Shown here in pieces: positions 49,922 to 60,322 of a stretch of 64,000 nt of DNA. How positions within the stretch are numbered: position 1 is the stretch's first letter; every line of letters begins with the position of its first letter. The stretch lies in the sequence record OR620964.1. The stretch is one strand, 5' to 3'. The notes under the pieces were generated by a model. That model searched no databases and had not been told where the DNA came from. It saw only the letters and a program-made list of their open reading frames with translations. The position numbers and the translations under genes were made by a program.

Positions 49922-51409
49922 ATGGAAATGTTCTCACTTGGCCTTGAGATTAAGGCCATACGAACGGTCACTAGCAATGAGATAAAAGAAGGATATCGAA
50001 CTGCTATGCTTGGCCGTCTAACCCTAGACCACTTTTCATCTGAGATTACGCGCAAGGCAATTCGTCGCTTAAAGAAATTGCTCGAAGTTAAAGGAGAAGT
50101 TCTCGATTGGGATGATCTTCTGGAAGACCCAAACTTGACCGAAGAGTTTCGGGATAGCTTGGCTGAGGCTGAGGAACGCCCAGCAAAAGGAATGAAAGGA
50201 TTCGATAAAATCTTTACCAATCTTGAGCGCTATCGTAAGCGACGTGCGTTGATGAAACTAGGTAAAGAGATTGCCAAGACACTTGATAAAGAGTCCGACG
50301 AGGATTTTGATGAGGATGACTATCTGAGGACTACCGCAGATTCACTCAATCAGGCTACAGGCGGTTCAGCACAAACGGAGAAAGTATATTCCTTTGGTGA
50401 TAAGAAACTAAGTGCGCTTAAACTCGTTAATAAGGTAATCGACTGCCCTACAGAGATGATGTACAAGACAGGCTATAACTCTTACGATAGTAAGAATGGT
50501 GGCTTCCCGCAGACTGGTGTTGTGCTGCTTGCTGGTTCTACGTCAGGTGGTAAGTCTGTTCTGGCAACAAACCTGCAAGACAAGATGGCGTATATCAATG
50601 CCATTAAGACGCTTAAAGTAACACTTGAAATGACGGCTGAGCAAGAGACGAAGCGTTATATCTCTATGATTACTGGCATTCCTATGTGGAAGATCAAGCA
50701 AGGCAAGATGACTGAGCGTGAAAAGTCTAATGCCAAAAAGCTGATGAAAGAATACCATAAGAAAATGCGTAAGGCGAAAGGACAATCTAGTTATATAAGT
50801 CCTGAGCGTGGGATGTCAATCGATGACATCCTATATATGACCATTCCTTATGGTGTGCAAATAACATTCATCGACTATGTAGGTCTTCTTGAAGGTGTTG
50901 ATGGCGATAACCAGTGGCAGCAACTATCTGGCATAGTTCGTAAAGCGAAAGTACACACACAGCGAACTGGCCAGTTAGTTGTTATCCTATGTCAGTCGGA
51001 TGACTCGACTGGTAAGATTCGTTACTCCGGTGGTATGAGAGAGCATGCCGACGTAGTATGGGCATGGAACTATTCAGACCCAGAGACGCGTGAGACACAC
51101 ATCTTACCTGTGCAGGTCATGAAAGCTCGCGATGGCGAACTGTTTGAAATGCCTTTGGAAGAGAAGTTCGATGTTATGCGTATTCTTGATGCGGCAGAGG
51201 GTACTCAAATTCCTGAATCCGCCAAGGGTGCAATATCTAACGATAAAGGAAACAAGAATTTCAAGAAGGGTGGTAAGTTTAAGAAGAGAGATAACAGCGT
51301 AGATATTAAAAAGAATAAACGTGCCTCCTTGTTATCATCAAGTGACGATGGTGATGAGGACGATGCACCTAGAAAGAAAAAGAAAAAGAATGCCTACCTA
51401 GTTAGCTGA
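49922..51409 (+). CDS. dnaB: DnaB-like replicative helicase
   Basis: Walker A AGSTSGGKS, LEM, FIDYVGLL, LCQ, EHADVV, KARDG. Confidence 0.9.
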   Translation: MEMFSLGLEIKAIRTVTSNEIKEGYRTAMLGRLTLDHFSSEITRKAIRRLKKLLEVKGEVLDWDDLLEDPNLTEEFRDSLAEAEERPAKGMKGFDKIFTNLERYRKRRALMKLGKEIAKTLDKESDEDFDEDDYLRTTADSLNQATGGSAQTEKVYSFGDKKLSALKLVNKVIDCPTEMMYKTGYNSYDSKNGGFPQTGVVLLAGSTSGGKSVLATNLQDKMAYINAIKTLKVTLEMTAEQETKRYISMITGIPMWKIKQGKMTEREKSNAKKLMKEYHKKMRKAKGQSSYISPERGMSIDDILYMTIPYGVQITFIDYVGLLEGVDGDNQWQQLSGIVRKAKVHTQRTGQLVVILCQSDDSTGKIRYSGGMREHADVVWAWNYSDPETRETHILPVQVMKARDGELFEMPLEEKFDVMRILDAAEGTQIPESAKGAISNDKGNKNFKKGGKFKKRDNSVDIKKNKRASLLSSSDDGDEDDAPRKKKKKNAYLVS

Positions 51410-51420
51410 GGAATCTAACC

Positions 51421-51714
51421 ATGTCGAATGTCGATAAGGAAAGTCCACACGCTTGGGAAGAATTGCCGGCCTATGATGACCTGCAAAGTGAGTTATACAA
51501 TATCCGCACCAAGGACGGTGTGGAGTATAGCTTCATGTACCCAAACGGAGCGGCCTTTCATAAGCACTATCATCCAGAGAAGCTACCGCCATATCCAGCG
51601 CGTATCCCTCTGACAGAAGTAACGCATTGTCAGTTGATGACACTCAATATGGATGACTTCTATTCCATATACTGCGTTAGGGATTCTACTCATATGCCTG
51701 GGTGGGAACGATAA
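51421..51714 (+). CDS. hypothetical protein
   Basis: GAGGA RBS. Confidence 0.65.
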   Translation: MSNVDKESPHAWEELPAYDDLQSELYNIRTKDGVEYSFMYPNGAAFHKHYHPEKLPPYPARIPLTEVTHCQLMTLNMDDFYSIYCVRDSTHMPGWER

Positions 51715-52508
51715 TGATAAATGAAGGCCCGTACGGTATCATTGAAACTGATGTTCTTGTTCCGCGCTGGACTTTTCCTATAAATAAGAATCAGCGCGTT
51801 AAGCGTGTCGAACATTGGGAACTTGGGCGCCTATCCGGCACAGTATCCAGAGTGCGTATGGTAAATGACATTCATACCATACACAAAGAAACGGAAGAAC
51901 AGATACATGCAAGAGAATCGGAATCCGAAACAGAGATTGACCTCGGAACAGAAGCTACTGCCTTCGCGAAAACAGGTACTCGACTTCTTATCAAGCCTAA
52001 ACTTCGAGCCTTACGCGACCGTTCCAAAACAGATGAGATTGGCCCGGAGAACATAATCAACGTTACTGACGATGAGATCAATAAGGACATTGACCGCATT
52101 GAGCGTGTAAGTAAAACTATTCGCAAGCATTTCATGCGTACAACTATTCCTCGTCTTATTGGTTTTGATATAGCGGCTGGTGAGACTGAGGCAATAGTCC
52201 GTGACTGTCTGAAAACTCCGCTTGAGATTGATGATGAGCTTGTCGAATACATAGCACTGATAGGAGACGCAGACCTGTTAGGATCTTTCTTAGGAGAGAG
52301 TAAAAACGTACCTGAGCTAGTGCTTACGGATGTTCTGAAAGATTTCTTGATTAAAGGATTCGATGAAATTCGCGCACTTAATAAACTTAAGCACTCTAAG
52401 AATATGTTCCGTAGATTACAATCTGATTATGAAGGTATGACAGCGCGCCAGCTTGGGTCAGCAAAAGGATTATCAACAATGAAGAAGCAGCAGAGTGGCG
52501 AAGCCTAA
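51714..52508 (+). CDS. hypothetical protein immediately upstream of terminase (small-subunit candidate by position only)
   Basis: TAATG overlap; overlaps the terminase start. Confidence 0.6.
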   Translation: MINEGPYGIIETDVLVPRWTFPINKNQRVKRVEHWELGRLSGTVSRVRMVNDIHTIHKETEEQIHARESESETEIDLGTEATAFAKTGTRLLIKPKLRALRDRSKTDEIGPENIINVTDDEINKDIDRIERVSKTIRKHFMRTTIPRLIGFDIAAGETEAIVRDCLKTPLEIDDELVEYIALIGDADLLGSFLGESKNVPELVLTDVLKDFLIKGFDEIRALNKLKHSKNMFRRLQSDYEGMTARQLGSAKGLSTMKKQQSGEA

Positions 52509-55311
52509 AAAGGGCCCTGCATTCACTATAGTACCAAAGAGGATATTGGCGTTCGATGCGCTTCTATCTGATGGTGGTATGGATAGTGGTGATGATCAGT
52601 TAGACTTCTTGGCTGAGAATACTGTAGACCTTTCGTTCCTAGAGAAAGGCGAAGTAAACATCGTGGACTTGGTTGAGCAGGCAGTAGAAGAACGCTCACT
52701 TGTTCCACGAGATTTAAAATTCGATGATAGCTCAATGCCTATAGCAAAGAACTTCCTCGATTGGTTAACAAACCCAAATTTCCTCAAAGCAACTCCATAT
52801 TTAGAGCAGGCACTCATTGGGATTCGTCTCTTCTCTGAGTTCTGCCCACGGTGCTCGAACACCAAATGGATTGATATTGAGAACCATGAGCCGCAAGAAG
52901 GCATTGCTGGAATCAAGAAGAATCTTGTCTTACTTGAACACAACAAATGCCCGAAATGCGGCGTTCGGCGTTCGGAACTGCTCCGAACGAAAGAACTCAA
53001 TTTTTACAATGAACTTGCGGTGAACGCAGGACAGCGATGCGTAGCACCTTCAACGCCTGTCATCACTGGCCAGGGTATTATGCCTATTGGTCATATGATG
53101 ATTGGCCATGATGTTCCTGGCTTCCATAAAGCACGGTTGAATCTAACTGCGCATAATGGAAAGTCTATCGCACCTGTTAAGCAAGTTTATATTTCAGACA
53201 AGGCAAAGACACACTGCATCGTACTTGCGAACGGTATCTTTATCGAGGCAACTGCGGAGCATCCAATCCGAACTGAGACAGGGTTCCGTCATGCATCTAA
53301 AATAGATGTAGGAGAGAAGTGTCCTGTCTATGTAGGAACTAACGTGTGGGGTAAACTCAAGCAGCCTACAACGCTGTACGAGGCTGGCTTATCTACGCGT
53401 GATGCTGCATTGAAGTATATCATAGACGCTAGCACAGGAGGATACGGACAACCGTCTCAGGTATATTCTGGAACTGGTGATGATGCACAGATGGTATGGA
53501 CCATTCTGCTTAATGCAGGATATCTACCAGAGGTACATAGATTCGAGGATACGTTCTACGTTGTATTCGATCTAGAGGATATTCAGCCCGCAGGTACAGT
53601 GCTGCTTGATGTTATTGATGTGATGCAGACAGGTAGCCAGATAACTTATGATTTGGTTATGGACGGCATGCCTCAGTTCTTGGCTGCCGGGTTGATGAAC
53701 CACAATAGTGGTAAGTCTATCGTGACTGCAATGATCAGCACCTACCTGACGCATAAAGTTTTGATGTGCCAGAGTCCGACAGGCATATTAGATATCGATA
53801 GTACCACGGTGCTGCATGGTACATTCGTAGCACTTACGCAAAAGCAGGCGTCTGATACATTATGGACTCCTTACTATAACTACATATTAGGTAGTCCTTG
53901 GTTCCAGCGCTATCATGCCTTGATCCGAACTATGGAGCGTAAGTTTGGCATAGAGGTTATGAAGATAAGGGATACGTTTGTTTTATATGGGCATCGTAAC
54001 CTAGTTGTATATCCAGCAGGGCCAGATGGTCGTATTCTACGTGGACGAACACGTCTGTTTGCAGCAATAGATGAGGTCGCTTACTTTGATAATGATGCTG
54101 ATAGCAAAAAAGTTAAAGCAAGCGCCTCGATGGTATATGGAGCACTTGACCGCTCACTTGCTACAGTGAGGTCATCACAAGACAGGCAGATTGCCGCAGG
54201 GTATGACGCGGCGTTTACTGGATACTTCTTTAACATTAGTAGTCCAGTACATGCGCGGGATAAGATAAACGAGTTGCTTCGCCTGAGCTATAACTCAAGG
54301 TCTATCTTAGGTATTCATGCTCCTACGTGGAAGATGAACCCTACGATGCCACGGAATTCAGAATTCCTAGTTGAAGCATTTCGTCGTGACCCAATAGGTG
54401 CTGCCCGTGACTATGGTGCAGAAGCTCCTATGTCTGCAAGCCCATTCATCACGCAGCCTACGTTTATTGAAGCGGCTATACGGGCTAAAGGCCGTAACCT
54501 GTGTGTATATACGCATAACGTTATCAAGCACCGTGATGGTAAGAAGCAGCGATATGGCACGTTAGTTAAATGTGCTACTACAGGCCAGCCAAGTATTATG
54601 GCTATCGATGCTGGGTATACCAATAACAGTTTTGCACTGACTGTTGGTACTCGAACTGAGGCTGGCATTATTAATGTTGATTGTCTTGTTGAGATCATAC
54701 CCCAGCCTGGTATTCCTTTAAACTATACGCTGATATTTGATGAGCTTATTGTTCCTCTTGCGAAAGCGCGTAATGTGCAGGTTCTACTTGCTGACCAGTG
54801 GCAGTCTATCAAGTTGCTACAGGATGGTAAGTTGAAAGCTGGTATTGAAGACTGTGATAAATACAGTTTGAAGTACGTAGACCTTTGGGCAGTTAAGTCA
54901 ATGCTCGAAACAGAAGTGCCTATGATTAGTTTGCCTAGGATGGTACATGCCAAGACCATACAAGAAACTCTTGAGTATGATGGTGATGACTATCCGCGAT
55001 GCTTTGAAGGCAAGCCCGCAGAACATCTTATCATGCAGATGCAGACTGTCCAAGACACAGGCCATTCTGTTATCAAGAACACAGGCGCAACGGATGATAT
55101 ATGGCGCGCCTTAGCTCTAATGGTATATGGATTTAACTGCGGTGATTATGACGAGACACTTACTGTAAAAGTAGATACAGCTATCAATCGCGATCCAAGT
55201 CGATTGGGTACTATGGGACATAGACGTAATTCTGGTAGTGCGCAGATAACCAAGTCAGCGCCTGCTCAAGCAATTGGTGCTTCCAGAACACGTCTGCTAG
55301 TACGCAAGTAA
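52495..55311 (+). CDS. terL: terminase large subunit with an intein in Walker A
   Basis: After intein removal Walker A reads NAGQR/SGKS; Walker B AAIDEVAYF; nuclease IMAIDAG and DDIWRALA. Confidence 0.9.
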   Translation: MAKPKKGPAFTIVPKRILAFDALLSDGGMDSGDDQLDFLAENTVDLSFLEKGEVNIVDLVEQAVEERSLVPRDLKFDDSSMPIAKNFLDWLTNPNFLKATPYLEQALIGIRLFSEFCPRCSNTKWIDIENHEPQEGIAGIKKNLVLLEHNKCPKCGVRRSELLRTKELNFYNELAVNAGQRCVAPSTPVITGQGIMPIGHMMIGHDVPGFHKARLNLTAHNGKSIAPVKQVYISDKAKTHCIVLANGIFIEATAEHPIRTETGFRHASKIDVGEKCPVYVGTNVWGKLKQPTTLYEAGLSTRDAALKYIIDASTGGYGQPSQVYSGTGDDAQMVWTILLNAGYLPEVHRFEDTFYVVFDLEDIQPAGTVLLDVIDVMQTGSQITYDLVMDGMPQFLAAGLMNHNSGKSIVTAMISTYLTHKVLMCQSPTGILDIDSTTVLHGTFVALTQKQASDTLWTPYYNYILGSPWFQRYHALIRTMERKFGIEVMKIRDTFVLYGHRNLVVYPAGPDGRILRGRTRLFAAIDEVAYFDNDADSKKVKASASMVYGALDRSLATVRSSQDRQIAAGYDAAFTGYFFNISSPVHARDKINELLRLSYNSRSILGIHAPTWKMNPTMPRNSEFLVEAFRRDPIGAARDYGAEAPMSASPFITQPTFIEAAIRAKGRNLCVYTHNVIKHRDGKKQRYGTLVKCATTGQPSIMAIDAGYTNNSFALTVGTRTEAGIINVDCLVEIIPQPGIPLNYTLIFDELIVPLAKARNVQVLLADQWQSIKLLQDGKLKAGIEDCDKYSLKYVDLWAVKSMLETEVPMISLPRMVHAKTIQETLEYDGDDYPRCFEGKPAEHLIMQMQTVQDTGHSVIKNTGATDDIWRALALMVYGFNCGDYDETLTVKVDTAINRDPSRLGTMGHRRNSGSAQITKSAPAQAIGASRTRLLVRK
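53038..53706 (+). mobile_element. intein (223 aa), homing endonuclease absent or degenerate
   Basis: Starts CVAPSTPV; block B ATAEHP; ends MNHN before +1 Ser. Confidence 0.9.
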
Positions 55312-55365
55312 TGTGCTTGGGTTATGCTAATTTTAGATAACCCAACCAATAGGAGTACGTGAGAA

Positions 55366-55581
55366 ATGACATTTTATAACCCTCTCTTTGATTCAAAAGA
55401 GGTTGCATCCGTATCCGCGACTGATAAGCCTGTACAATCAGAATCTGGTGCGTTTCATATTGATAATCCTGATGTGTGTCCGAAGTGTAGTTCCGCTACG
55501 TGCTCTACTCAGTTGTTATCAGGTGAAGCAGTTAAGTTCTGCACCAATTGCCGTGTGAGCATGGCTATTCCTTTAAAGTGA
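55366..55581 (+). CDS. small zinc-ribbon protein
   Basis: CPKC...CTNC; AGGAG RBS. Confidence 0.75.
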   Translation: MTFYNPLFDSKEVASVSATDKPVQSESGAFHIDNPDVCPKCSSATCSTQLLSGEAVKFCTNCRVSMAIPLK

Positions 55582-55588
55582 GGCAATA

Positions 55589-57514
55589 ATGGGCATTCGC
55601 GTAGGACGAATGACGGACGTAGGTTTGACTAAGAAAGAAGATGCAAAGAAGCCAGTTGTTGGTAAAGCGACTGGCTCTGCCTCGTTACCTAGTGATATAG
55701 GTACAGCTATCCGTAGCCATAGTGCTCGTAGTCAAACACAAGTTCGTTCACAATCCAGCGGTCAGGCAATGAGTGGAGGTAACACGCAAATTGGTTCAAT
55801 CCCTCTTGATATCGACTTAGAGCCGATGATGGAAGGTATGGACTATGACGCAGACGACCGACAACTCTTCAACGTCTACCGTGACATCTATTTCTTTGAT
55901 CCTATTTGTGGTAGCTATGTCGATCTATTCTCAACGCTTCCATTCTCGGACGTAAGTTTCAGTGGAGCTAAAGATAGCATTCTGGAACCTTACTATGAAG
56001 TGAATGAGCGTCTTGGTCTGACAAGCTCGATGCCTAACATCACAACCGATATTCAGGTTACTGGTGCTTTCTGCGGCTCGATGCTATACAACAAAGATCG
56101 TAAGAAGTTCATCGACCTGATGACACACCGATATGATAACCTTGAAGTTACTCCGCTACCGTTTGTGTCACAAGATCCAGTATTTGAACTGCGAATCCCG
56201 CGTGAGATTAAGCAGGCATTTGCAAAAGATTCAAAACGTATCACAGCACTTAAGCAGGAGCTTGGGCCCGCATTTGTCGATAAGTTGATGAATGATACTA
56301 CGATGGAACTTGACCCAATAGGTACCATCTATATCCCACGTAAGACATTCAGCTTTGGTGAAGGTGTTTCTGTATTCCGCCGTGTACTTCCAATCTGGCT
56401 GATTGAGAAGAACCTGTATCGTGGTACATTGATAGAGTCTGGCCGTAGACAGCGTGGTATTCTTCATGCACAGCTCGGTGACGGTGATCAGTGGGAGCCT
56501 TCTCAAGAAGAAATGGACTTCATCACTGACCTGTTGTTATCTGCGGATAGTGACCCAATTGGTTCTATTATTACAACACGTCTGGGCGTTAATATCAGTG
56601 AGTTCCGTCAAGGCGGTGACTTCTGGAAGATAACAGATATCTGGGATCAGACAGCGCAATTTAAAATGCGAGCCATGGGTATTAGTGAAGCGTTCCTGAG
56701 TGGTGAAGCTAACTATGACTCTGGTGCTGCTGGACTGACTATCTTTGTCGAATCCATGAAAGCGTTCCGTGACCATCTGACACGTAAGGTATACTACGAG
56801 AAAGTATTCCCTGTTATTAGTCTGATGAATGGCTATGCCGTAGGGCGTAACGGTAAGATATCGAAACGTAGCGGCATGATGGATGGCGGCTTGAACGAAA
56901 TCATGCATAGACTGAACGATGGAAGTAAATTGTTTATTCCTAACGTGCATTGGTCTAAACAACTGCGTCCTGATGTTGATCAGTCTATGATGGAAAACTT
57001 GCGCGCCATGACAGAGCTAGGTGTTCCTGTTCCTTTACGGGCAATCGCCGCAGCAGGTGGATTTAACTTCGACCAATTGCTGATGGATCAGGATGAAGAT
57101 ATTGCTATGAAGCGTAAGCTGATGGCATATCGTAAGCGCCAGTTGGAAATGGAAAAAGAGTATGCTGTTTCTGAACCGGGTGCGGATGGCGAAGGTGATA
57201 GCTTTAGTTCTGTAAGCTCTATGTCTGGTCATAGCTCTCATGGTATTGGACAAGGGAGTTCTGTTCTTGGTAATATGAAACGACCTGGCTTGATTGGACG
57301 TGACTACGGTGAGCGCATGGAAGTCACCGGCATTACTAAGACTGGTAAGAAGAAATGGATTTACGACCAGAAGAATGCAAACGATAAAGCTAACGTAGAG
57401 ATATACAAAGCTGCCGCGAATTATGAGCGCAATCGCACACTACCTTTAGATACAGGCGTTGTGTCTAAGAAAGCGACTATGGCAGAACTGAGTGCTATGC
57501 GGAAAATGCGATAA
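55589..57514 (+). CDS. probable portal protein
   Basis: 641 aa, two genes after terL, helical/beta content consistent with a portal; call mainly positional. Confidence 0.55.
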   Translation: MGIRVGRMTDVGLTKKEDAKKPVVGKATGSASLPSDIGTAIRSHSARSQTQVRSQSSGQAMSGGNTQIGSIPLDIDLEPMMEGMDYDADDRQLFNVYRDIYFFDPICGSYVDLFSTLPFSDVSFSGAKDSILEPYYEVNERLGLTSSMPNITTDIQVTGAFCGSMLYNKDRKKFIDLMTHRYDNLEVTPLPFVSQDPVFELRIPREIKQAFAKDSKRITALKQELGPAFVDKLMNDTTMELDPIGTIYIPRKTFSFGEGVSVFRRVLPIWLIEKNLYRGTLIESGRRQRGILHAQLGDGDQWEPSQEEMDFITDLLLSADSDPIGSIITTRLGVNISEFRQGGDFWKITDIWDQTAQFKMRAMGISEAFLSGEANYDSGAAGLTIFVESMKAFRDHLTRKVYYEKVFPVISLMNGYAVGRNGKISKRSGMMDGGLNEIMHRLNDGSKLFIPNVHWSKQLRPDVDQSMMENLRAMTELGVPVPLRAIAAAGGFNFDQLLMDQDEDIAMKRKLMAYRKRQLEMEKEYAVSEPGADGEGDSFSSVSSMSGHSSHGIGQGSSVLGNMKRPGLIGRDYGERMEVTGITKTGKKKWIYDQKNANDKANVEIYKAAANYERNRTLPLDTGVVSKKATMAELSAMRKMR

Positions 57515-57846
57515 TGTTTACATACCGTCGTAAAATAGAGGGCGACGCCACGCGCGTCGTTTACTCTCATCCTGTTCACAAGGACTATGGTGTTGCTTTT
57601 TCCATAGCTGAATCTCGTGACCAGATAACCTGCCTGATAGTCAATGGGAGCATTGACGGCCATACACCACTTATTCCGGTGACTGACTTATCAGCACCAC
57701 TTGTGGTACTGGCTTGGGCAGCACAAGTGATATTAGTTATTGAGAATAATACTGTAAATGAAGAGAGTATAGACATAGAGAATCTTATCACACATCATGG
57801 TGGTAAGTTCGTATATGCTCGTTCTTTACCTAACGTGGGAGAGTAA
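57514..57846 (+). CDS. hypothetical protein
   Basis: TAATG overlap. Confidence 0.7.
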   Translation: MFTYRRKIEGDATRVVYSHPVHKDYGVAFSIAESRDQITCLIVNGSIDGHTPLIPVTDLSAPLVVLAWAAQVILVIENNTVNEESIDIENLITHHGGKFVYARSLPNVGE

Positions 57847-57848
57847 CT

Positions 57849-58223
57849 GTGAGTGGACTGTTTCAGCATAGCACTATTGAGTATAAGCCTGGTTTCGTAT
57901 TTATTGTAGCACCTTCTGATTTTACGTCAGAAGACGCTATCGCCGCTGCGGCGTCTGTATCTGACTTGCTTGCTGAGTCTTGGCCGTCAGCACCTTCACA
58001 GCTCACTGTTGAAGAATGCCGGGATGAAGAATCCGCAGAACTAATCCTGTTTGACGCAAATCAAATTCTGGAAGAAGCCGAAGATCCAATGGCAGACTGC
58101 TTGGTTATCTCAAGCGTTACAGTCATCGGCGATATGTGTTTGGTGCAGTGTTCCCTGAATGAAGAAGGTGACGACGCAGACACCGAAGACGAAGAAGAAG
58201 ACGAAGATGCCGACTGGGAGTAA
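57849..58223 (+). CDS. acidic hypothetical protein
   Basis: GGAG RBS, GTG start. Confidence 0.7.
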   Translation: MSGLFQHSTIEYKPGFVFIVAPSDFTSEDAIAAAASVSDLLAESWPSAPSQLTVEECRDEESAELILFDANQILEEAEDPMADCLVISSVTVIGDMCLVQCSLNEEGDDADTEDEEEDEDADWE

Positions 58224-58294
58224 TCCTAGTCTAGACTCGGGGTGCGCTACGTGCCCCGGTCATTCCTGATTCTTATGCCATCAAAGGTGCTACG

Positions 58295-58762
58295 ATGGAA
58301 GAAACTGATAATGTAAGGCGACACCGTATATTCTATGGTAGAGTGCCGAAAAGCGTGCCTCCTTTCGATAGTGCTTTTGTCTGCTCTGGAAACAAAGCTG
58401 GCCTAAAGTTACTTCTCGCTGCTGCTCCAGAAAACTGCTCCATTGCAGTATTCTCGGATGGCACTCGCGCCGCTTACGCACTCAGCCTTCTCTATAAGCG
58501 AAAATTCAAACTACATGCTTTATCAATAGAAGTTATTTGTTCTGACCTGTCATACACTGGTCGTGTTATTTGGCTGTTCACTCGTGGCACATCTGAATTC
58601 AGGCTTAGTCCTTTATTCATCCGTGGTGATAGCATGTTGCATGAGCTATCAATCACTAAGGGCGATGTGATCGATATGTTCTGTCTTGGCCCGAATTTTC
58701 ATAAGATAATGGTTGAGCGCAATAAGACAGAAAACAGATCACTTGTATTTGCAGAGGAATAG
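58295..58762 (+). CDS. hypothetical protein
   Basis: AAGG RBS. Confidence 0.65.
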   Translation: MEETDNVRRHRIFYGRVPKSVPPFDSAFVCSGNKAGLKLLLAAAPENCSIAVFSDGTRAAYALSLLYKRKFKLHALSIEVICSDLSYTGRVIWLFTRGTSEFRLSPLFIRGDSMLHELSITKGDVIDMFCLGPNFHKIMVERNKTENRSLVFAEE

Positions 58763-59764
58763 ATGCGCTCGTTTGATACCAAGCCAAAGAAAAAGAAGAA
58801 AGGTGATGATACGCCTACTCTTCATATTGTTGATGGTTCTAACTGGATGTGTCGTGCTTATTTTGCAACACAACATGCAGTACCCTATCTAACCGCTCCT
58901 GATGGAACACCAACAGGAGGCATAAAGCAATTTCTTAATATGGTTGAAACTCTCTACGCGCAGACGATAAGAGAAGAGACAGGTAGCTTCATTGCTATTT
59001 GTTTTGACCCAAGCTCGTCTGATACGTGGCGGTACAGAGCCATACAACAATGGGTAGGAGAGAACAGTAAGAAGTTTGTACGTGCTGTGTACGTTAAGTC
59101 GGCTGACTATAAAGGCAATCGTGACCGCACAAAGACCTCAGACCTTCCAATTCAAATGGAATTATCCAGAAAGATTTTGGATAAAGCAGGGTTCTGGATC
59201 TGCGTAAAAGCTCCATACGAAGCCGATGATGTAGTTGGAACCTTGAGCCATAGATTCAGCAATATGGGATACAAGGTTAAGCTGTACTCCCGTGATAAGG
59301 ACTATGTACAGCTTGTTGATAATCCCAACGTTGAGCTGATTATGCAGAAGCAGGCGAATGCTCCTGAGCGACGCTTCACGCACAAGAATGTCGAAGAGTT
59401 TGTTGGAGTACCTGCTAACAGAATCACTCATTATCTGGCACTTGCTGGTGATAATGCGGATAACGTTCCCGGCGTACCTGGCATTGCTGATGGATACGCA
59501 GCCAAGTTTATTCGTGAGTATGGATCGATAAAGAAATTCTGTTTGGCAGCAAAGACAATTAAGTCTACCGCTAAGTGGAAGAAAGCACTCACAGGAGAAT
59601 TGCCTATGATGGACTTGGCACTTCAATTGGAGTTGGTTACTATTGATAGAAATGTACCTGGTCTGCCAAAAGAACTAGAGGCATTTCGTGTAAAAGAATC
59701 TGACGATAAGTATCTCAAGAAGATGAAAAAACGTCTGGCTCTTCGTTCTATATTTCATATCTAG
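58763..59764 (+). CDS. 5'-3' exonuclease / flap endonuclease (Pol I N-terminal / RNase H T4-like family)
   Basis: IVDGSNW..RAYFA, YKGNR, YEADDVVGTL, SRDKDYVQL, LAGDNADNVPGVPGI. Confidence 0.95.
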   Translation: MRSFDTKPKKKKKGDDTPTLHIVDGSNWMCRAYFATQHAVPYLTAPDGTPTGGIKQFLNMVETLYAQTIREETGSFIAICFDPSSSDTWRYRAIQQWVGENSKKFVRAVYVKSADYKGNRDRTKTSDLPIQMELSRKILDKAGFWICVKAPYEADDVVGTLSHRFSNMGYKVKLYSRDKDYVQLVDNPNVELIMQKQANAPERRFTHKNVEEFVGVPANRITHYLALAGDNADNVPGVPGIADGYAAKFIREYGSIKKFCLAAKTIKSTAKWKKALTGELPMMDLALQLELVTIDRNVPGLPKELEAFRVKESDDKYLKKMKKRLALRSIFHI

Positions 59765-59773
59765 GAGTTAGTT

Positions 59774-60322
59774 GTGACAGAATCTAATGCGGATACTGCA
59801 TGGGAACAGAAGTACCAACACGATGTGGAGCACGGGAATATTAATCCACAGTTAGTTAAGCATCTGATTGCTTGGAAAGATGCTGCCAGAGTTGCACTGC
59901 GCTTAGGTAAAGAACCTTTCTCTCCCATTGGGTTTCGTCTTGCTTTAACTTATGCGGGCTGCCCACAGCCAGTGAGAGCACAGATGTTTGAGGACATTAA
60001 GCAGACGATGCCTTCAATTGATATGTTCTACAAACGGTTCAACACAGATATCTATCCTAACTCTAAGATTGATAACACGTTGATGATTGTCCTAGGCTGC
60101 AACTACTTGGTGCCTGGCGATTTGATTATGATGGGATCATTCTGCATAATGAATGGCATTGGTACTCTTGACCAGTTCATTTCATATGCGGGTGAGGGTA
60201 TGCCATCGCGTGAGTCTCTGTCTACCTTATGGGACCTACAGAAGTATAATGGTAATGCTCTGGATGATATCAAAACTGTAAATTCAATATATGAATACAA
60301 TCAATTTGACAGGAGAGTATAA
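59774..60322 (+). CDS. hypothetical protein
   Basis: AGGAG RBS, GTG start. Confidence 0.7.
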   Translation: MTESNADTAWEQKYQHDVEHGNINPQLVKHLIAWKDAARVALRLGKEPFSPIGFRLALTYAGCPQPVRAQMFEDIKQTMPSIDMFYKRFNTDIYPNSKIDNTLMIVLGCNYLVPGDLIMMGSFCIMNGIGTLDQFISYAGEGMPSRESLSTLWDLQKYNGNALDDIKTVNSIYEYNQFDRRV

